Part shown: one piece after another, positions 7,365 to 11,512 of the stretch | Position numbering within the stretch: the stretch's first letter is position 1 | Layout of the letters: every line of letters begins with the position of its first letter | From: Capsulimonadales bacterium | GTDB lineage: Bacteria > Armatimonadota > Armatimonadia > Armatimonadales > Armatimonadaceae | Assembly: GCA_033762295.1 (NCBI GenBank) | Contig: JANRLW010000131.1 | Location: forward strand, 1 to 11,512 | Length of the DNA stretch: 11,512 nt | Direction: 5' to 3' | Program-made: the position numbers and the translations under genes | The notes under the pieces: generated by a model | Databases searched by the model: none | Told to the model about the DNA's origin: nothing | The model's input: the letters and a program-made list of their open reading frames with translations, nothing else

Positions 7365-7450
7365 TTCGGAAGCTCCTTGAACGTGCGGTAGGATGATGGG
7401 TTATTCCGCAACCGGCGTCCGCAATCCTTCGAAAGTCCGAACCCGGCAGT

Positions 7451-7494
7451 TGGTCCGTCGGTGGTCGGTCGGTGGTCGGTCGGTGGTCCGTCAG
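7451..7494. repeat. Tandem repeat, 4 x 11 bp (TGGTC[C/G]GTC[G/A]G)
   Basis: TGGTCCGTCGG / TGGTCGGTCGG / TGGTCGGTCGG / TGGTCCGTCAG at 7451, 7462, 7473 and 7484. Confidence 0.92.
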
Positions 7495-7823
7495 GGGAGG
7501 AGGCGCTCCCGTTCGCATGCCCGAACAAAAACGGAAATCTCACTGGTGAAATCGGTTTACAGGCGATATAACAACTTCGTTCGCAGGTTTTTCTACTAAA
7601 TATTTTAGAAGAAGGAATCCGGCGAATTGTTCCCGAAATAGTTCGCACCACCGGGAAGACGGTGGAATGTGCGTGGCCGACCTCGAACCGGTGCGGCCCA
7701 CCCGCCTGACATGCCGACACAAGACCGATCTCTGGTTTGGCCCGAAATCCGCTGGTACCGCCCGGTACCGCCGGTGGTTTTGCGGCGTGTCTGTTCCTAT
7801 CGCTATCAGTGCCATATTGTTCC

Positions 7824-7856
7824 ACGGTGCGTCTTCGATCGCACCGTTTTTGTTTT
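7824..7856 (+). terminator. Intrinsic terminator-like hairpin inside the intergenic region, upstream of the sigma gene
   Basis: ACGGTGCG (7824-7831)/CGCACCGT (7840-7847), 8-nt loop, followed by TTTTGTTTT. Confidence 0.62.
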
Positions 7857-8074
7857 CCGGTCTGTTTTCCGGACGTCCGCTCCCCCACCGACGGGGACTC
7901 TGCGGCGCTCAACCTGTCATTCTCTTTGATGCCCTGACGCTCCGTCTTCCGCGCCAGGGCATCGCCGGTGAAGGTTCACCGGGTTGTCATTGGTGCTGTC
8001 GATACTGGTGAGGAGTGGCAATGCTCTCTTTGAAAAGGAAGTGCGCGCAGATCACAACGCCCGAGGAGCGAATT

Positions 8075-8926
8075 ATGGATACGATCGGAACGGATCATCG
8101 GACGGAGGAATCGCAATCCTTTCTTACGCGACTGACCCGGAATCATCTGCTGAGTCATGATCAGGAGATCAGTCTGGCCAATCGCATCGCGCGTGGTGAT
8201 AAACGGGCAAAAGATCGTCTGGTGGAAGCGAATCTTCGTCTGGTTGTTTCGATCGCCAAATCCTATCGCACATCCGGTATCCCGTTCGAGGATCTGGTGC
8301 AGGAAGGGACGATCGGTCTGATGACCGCGGCGGAACGATTCGATCCCAAACGGGGTTATCGGTTCTCCACCTACGCGACCCAGTGGATCCGGCAGGCGAT
8401 CGGGCGAGCGGTGGACAATAAAAGCAAGTCGATCCGACTTCCCGCCCACGTCTCCGAATCTCTGCGCAAACTGGATCGGGCCCGCGCCGAACTGCTGCGG
8501 GAATTCGGCGAGGAGCCGACTCTGGAGGAACTGGCCTGCCGTACGGGCATCTCCGTCCGGAAGGTCATGGCGCTCCTCCTGACCACACAGGAACCGATCT
8601 CCCTCGATATGCCGATCGGCGACGATGACAATACCAACCTTGGCGCGCTGCTCTATGACCGGAACTCTCCCGATCCGCAGGACGCCCTTCTCGGCAACGA
8701 AATGCGCTCGGCGGTCGAAAGCCTGATGAACTTCCTCGATGACCGCGAACGCACCATCATCGGCAAGCGGTTCGGGTTTGACGGCGAGGATACCTACGTC
8801 CTGCAACAGATCGGCGAGGAGCTGAATATCAGCCGGGAGCGCGTCCGCCAGATCGAGGCGCAGGCGCTCCGAAAACTCCGTACCATCGCCCGTAAACGTC
8901 AACTGCGCGAGTACCTCGCCACCTGA
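8075..8926 (+). CDS. RpoD/RpoS-like (group 2-type) sigma70 factor lacking region 1.1
   Basis: LVEANLRLVVSIAK, DLVQEGTIGLMTAAERFD, GYRFSTYATQWIRQAI, IRLPAH, PISLD and SRERVRQIEAQALRKLR. SD GAGGAG at 8063-8068 before ATG 8075; an alternative in-frame ATG at 8021 also has GAGGAG. Confidence 0.95.
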   Translation: MDTIGTDHRTEESQSFLTRLTRNHLLSHDQEISLANRIARGDKRAKDRLVEANLRLVVSIAKSYRTSGIPFEDLVQEGTIGLMTAAERFDPKRGYRFSTYATQWIRQAIGRAVDNKSKSIRLPAHVSESLRKLDRARAELLREFGEEPTLEELACRTGISVRKVMALLLTTQEPISLDMPIGDDDNTNLGALLYDRNSPDPQDALLGNEMRSAVESLMNFLDDRERTIIGKRFGFDGEDTYVLQQIGEELNISRERVRQIEAQALRKLRTIARKRQLREYLAT

Positions 8927-8962
8927 CCAGGCCCTTTTTCTCTTTATCCCTCCTCCTTTTCG

Positions 8963-9000
8963 CGCCGGAGAATCCGTTGATTCTCCGGCGTCGGTTTTTT
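8963..9000 (+). terminator. Rho-independent terminator after the sigma gene
   Basis: 12-bp perfect stem CGCCGGAGAATC (8963-8974)/GATTCTCCGGCG (8979-8990), loop CGTT, T6 at 8995-9000. Confidence 0.82.
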
Positions 9001-9035
9001 ACGGCACGGTCGGTCTCCCCCGTTCGGTCGCCGAA

Positions 9036-9046
9036 TATGCTATGAT
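9036..9046 (+). promoter_or_regulatory. Extended -10 promoter (TATGCTATGAT) for the epimerase-family gene
   Basis: TRTGn plus TATGAT, downstream of the terminator and 43 nt upstream of ATG 9090. Confidence 0.62.
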
Positions 9047-9089
9047 GCGACAGGGGTACTTAACCGTTTTTCGGGAGGAGCGAGGGACA

Positions 9090-10163
9090 ATGGCGCGTCT
9101 TTTCGGCAGAGAGTGGACGATGCGGGAGTTGCTGGAGCGGGTCGGCGAACTGGGTCAGATCGCGGGAGTGGAGCGGTTTACCTATACGGACGGTGTCCGC
9201 GACGGGGTTCAGGCCGCCCGGCTTCGCTCCGGAGGCGGTCTCGACTACACCGTCCTCCTGTCACGCGGAATGGATATCGCACACGCGTCCTATCGCGGAA
9301 CGCCGTTCGCCTGGGTGTCGGCGACCGGCATGGCCCACCCGAGTCGGTTTGAGCCCGAAACCCGTGGCTGGCTCCGCACGTTCCACGGCGGTCTGCTTAC
9401 CGGTTGCGGCCTGTCCAACGCGGGGGCGCCGTCGCAGGACGGGGACGAATCGCTCGGATTGCACGGTCATCTCTCGCATATTCCGGCCGAGGAGTGCGCC
9501 TCCGGTACGATTCGGACGGGCGACGAAGCGGAAATCTTCGTCTCCGGCACGCTGCGCGAGGCCCGCGTCTTCTCCGAGAACCTGCGTCTGACCCGCCGTA
9601 TCTCGTCCCCCCTCGGCGGCAAGAGCCTGACGGTGACCGACACGGTCGAGAACGTCGGTTTTCAAACGTCGCCGCTGATGCTGCTCTACCATCTCAACTT
9701 CGGCTGGCCGCTCGTCTCGGAAACCACCGATCTTATTTATCATCGCGCTTCGGACCCGATCCCGCGCGATGCCGTGGCGGCGGCGGGATTCGAACGGTGG
9801 CAGCATCTCGACCCGCCGACCCCCGGCTATGCCGAACAGTGTTTTTTCCACGACCCTCTCCCGGATCGGGATAACCATGCCACCGTGCTGATGATTAACC
9901 GGACGACGCATATGGGCATCTCGGTCGCTTACGACAGGGCGGCGTTCCCGTTCCTGACCCAGTGGAAGATGATGGGCCAGGGCGAGTACGTCTGCGGGAT
10001 CGAACCGGCCAACTGTCGCGTACTCGGGCGGGCGGCGGAGCGGGAAGCGGGACGCCTGCAAACGATCGCGCCGGGCGAAATCCGGCGGTTCACCGTCACG
10101 CTGACCGTCCTCGACGGACTCTCGGAAATCGCCGGCGCCGAAGCCATGCTCCCGCACCGTTAG
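9090..10163 (+). CDS. Aldose 1-epimerase family protein (DUF4432-like, galactose mutarotase fold)
   Basis: RGMDI, WLRTFHGGLLTGCGL, GLHG, D.VEN, LLYHLNFGWPL, QWKMM..GEYVCGIEP motifs. Start re-called to ATG 9090 after GGGAGGAG/GAGGG; the ORF-track start at 9042 overlaps the -10 box. Confidence 0.9.
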   Translation: MARLFGREWTMRELLERVGELGQIAGVERFTYTDGVRDGVQAARLRSGGGLDYTVLLSRGMDIAHASYRGTPFAWVSATGMAHPSRFEPETRGWLRTFHGGLLTGCGLSNAGAPSQDGDESLGLHGHLSHIPAEECASGTIRTGDEAEIFVSGTLREARVFSENLRLTRRISSPLGGKSLTVTDTVENVGFQTSPLMLLYHLNFGWPLVSETTDLIYHRASDPIPRDAVAAAGFERWQHLDPPTPGYAEQCFFHDPLPDRDNHATVLMINRTTHMGISVAYDRAAFPFLTQWKMMGQGEYVCGIEPANCRVLGRAAEREAGRLQTIAPGEIRRFTVTLTVLDGLSEIAGAEAMLPHR

Positions 10164-10179
10164 GGCCGAAGGGCGCGTC

Positions 10180-10190
10180 TATGGTATAAC
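10180..10190 (+). promoter_or_regulatory. Extended -10 promoter (TATGGTATAAC), probably giving a leaderless mRNA
   Basis: TRTGn plus TATAAC ends 8 nt before ATG 10199; there is no SD in between. Confidence 0.55.
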
Positions 10191-10198
10191 ACGCTCGG

Positions 10199-11512
10199 AT
10201 GAATAAGGAAGGGAACGAACGGCGTTTTTATCTCGGTTTCGGGGCGGTCGTCCTGCTGCTGACCTCCCTTCCTTACCTCTACGGGGTAGCGACTCCCCCG
10301 CCGGGTCATCTATATACCGGTCTGACGTACAATATCGACGATATTGCCGTTTACTTCTCCTGGTACCGGCAGGCGGAGTCCGGGGAGTTTTTTCAACGCA
10401 ACCTGTTCAACACCGACCCGCAGCGAGGGATGCAGTTCTCCGTTCTGTCGCTTCTGATCGGGAACGTCGCCCGGTTCACCGGACTGTCGCTCCCCGTCGT
10501 CTTCCACCTGGCGCGACTCCTTTTCGGCGGACTGTTCCTGGCGAGCGTGGTCGGACTGATACGGGAAACGATCTCCGACGATCGGGCGCGGCGGATCGCG
10601 TTCGCGCTGGTCGGCGTCGGATCGGGACTGGGCTGGGTGACCGGCGGTTACGATCCGGCGCGGGCGTTCGCTCAGCCGATCGACCTCTGGCAACCGGAAG
10701 CGATCACCTTTCTTTCGCTCTATTTCGCCCCGCTGTTCGCCGCCGCTCTGGCGCTGATGGTCGTTTTCGTTACCGCCCTGCTCCGATCCGAACGCACCGG
10801 CAGGATGCCCGATATTCTGCCCGCCGCCGTGTCCGGTCTTCTGCTGGCGAACTTCCATACCTACGATATCGTTCACCTGTTCGCCGTGGCGATCGTGTTC
10901 CGGGTCGCGACCGATATCGGGGCGCGTCGCCTCTCAATGCCGGGCTGGCTGCGGATCCTCGTCGCCGGAGCGGTTACCCTGCCCTCGTTCGCCTACACCT
11001 ACTACGCCCTGATCCGGGACCCGCTCTTTGGGCAGCGGGATGTCAAAACCCTGTCCGGGTCGCCGGTCTGGACGCTGCTCGGTCTGGGCATTCCCCTGCT
11101 CCTCGCCCTGTTCGCGGCGGTGCGACCGGACCTCGGGCGCTTTCGGGACGCCACGGCATGGCGTCTCCTGCTCGTCTGGATGATCACGGCGTTCCTGGTC
11201 GCTTATCTGCCGGTCGACTTTCAGCGCAAGATGCTGATGGGCATCCATCTCCCCGTCTGTCTGCTCGCGGGCGTGACGCTCGCCGCGCTGACGTCTCGCC
11301 TTTCCGGCGACTTTCCGAAGATTGCGGTGGCGGCGACCGTCGTCGTCGCGTCGGTTTCCAACGCCCTGTTCCTCCTGCGCGATATCGGTCGCCTGTCCGC
11401 AAATATCGGGTCGACGGAGCATCGTCCCTATCTGTCGCGCGCGGAAGTCGACGCCCTGGACTTCCTTCGAGAGAAAACCGACCGGCGGGGCGGGGTCCTC
11501 GTCGCGCCCGAC
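10199..11512 (+). CDS. Polytopic integral membrane protein with GT-C glycosyltransferase-like layout (partial; runs off the right edge)
   Basis: Manual translation, open for 438 codons: MNKEGNERRFYLGFGAVVLLLTSLPYLYG...YTGLTYNIDDIAVYFSWYRQAESG...NLFNTDP...GSGLGW...IDLWQPEAITF...HTYD...FQRKML.... Roughly 10 or more hydrophobic segments, with a DD pair in the loop after TM1. Absent from the ORF track (no stop). The CDS is solid; the function is inferred. Confidence 0.82.
   Translation, partial: MNKEGNERRFYLGFGAVVLLLTSLPYLYGVATPPPGHLYTGLTYNIDDIAVYFSWYRQAESGEFFQRNLFNTDPQRGMQFSVLSLLIGNVARFTGLSLPVVFHLARLLFGGLFLASVVGLIRETISDDRARRIAFALVGVGSGLGWVTGGYDPARAFAQPIDLWQPEAITFLSLYFAPLFAAALALMVVFVTALLRSERTGRMPDILPAAVSGLLLANFHTYDIVHLFAVAIVFRVATDIGARRLSMPGWLRILVAGAVTLPSFAYTYYALIRDPLFGQRDVKTLSGSPVWTLLGLGIPLLLALFAAVRPDLGRFRDATAWRLLLVWMITAFLVAYLPVDFQRKMLMGIHLPVCLLAGVTLAALTSRLSGDFPKIAVAATVVVASVSNALFLLRDIGRLSANIGSTEHRPYLSRAEVDALDFLREKTDRRGGVLVAPD

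Noticed and set aside
6039..7391. 450-aa + strand ORF
   Set aside because: Exact antisense of the PilB-like ATPase; no independent motifs or RBS.
7451..7494. Tandem repeats as a CRISPR array
   Set aside because: Units are 11 bp and contiguous with no spacers; no cas genes in the window.
7289..7912. 207-aa minus-strand ORF as a frameshifted N-terminal (MshEN/N1) domain of the ATPase
   Set aside because: No RLG-type MshEN motif or N1-like sequence; it crosses tandem repeats and AT-rich promoter-like DNA; the ATPase has its own SD and start.
7667..8011. Overlapping small + strand ORFs (7667..8011, 7669..7929, 7737..7937)
   Set aside because: No convincing SD, atypical composition, and all read through the terminator-like hairpin at 7824-7856. 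A short peptide cannot be fully excluded without Ribo-seq.
7365..8926. RNA-guided sigma system (nuclease-dead Cas12f/TnpB plus sigma plus guide RNA)
   Set aside because: There is structured non-coding DNA next to a sigma gene, but no Cas12f/TnpB-like ORF in the window, and the sigma is RpoD-like rather than ECF.
7976..11422. Antisense ORFs 7976..8902, 9261..10157, 10310..10876 and 10934..11422
   Set aside because: Shadows of the sigma, epimerase-family and membrane-protein genes on the + strand.

Overview
High-GC bacterial chromosomal window with no mobile element, CRISPR array, rRNA or tRNA visible. A diderm lineage is suggested by a probable outer-membrane beta-barrel gene; an Armatimonadota-like origin is my impression only. 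Left to right: partial CRTAC1-like FG-GAP protein (-, missed by the ORF track); small secreted basic protein (-); a probable operon of FliA/WhiG-family sigma factor, secreted TPR protein, NAD kinase and cupin (+); putative outer-membrane beta-barrel (+); a stand-alone short-form PilB/GspE ATPase lacking the N-terminal domain (-); a ~650-bp divergent intergenic region rich in repeats and hairpins; an RpoD/RpoS-like sigma factor without region 1.1 (+); an aldose-1-epimerase-family (DUF4432-like) protein (+); and a partial, probably leaderless polytopic membrane protein of GT-C-like layout (+, missed by the ORF track). I found no clear-cut new multi-gene system. The best leads are regulatory: two alternative sigma factors with substituted -10 recognition or melting residues, the structured pilB/sigma intergenic region, two in-frame SD-led starts for the second sigma, and an anti-SD tract in its 3' UTR complementary to the next gene's RBS.
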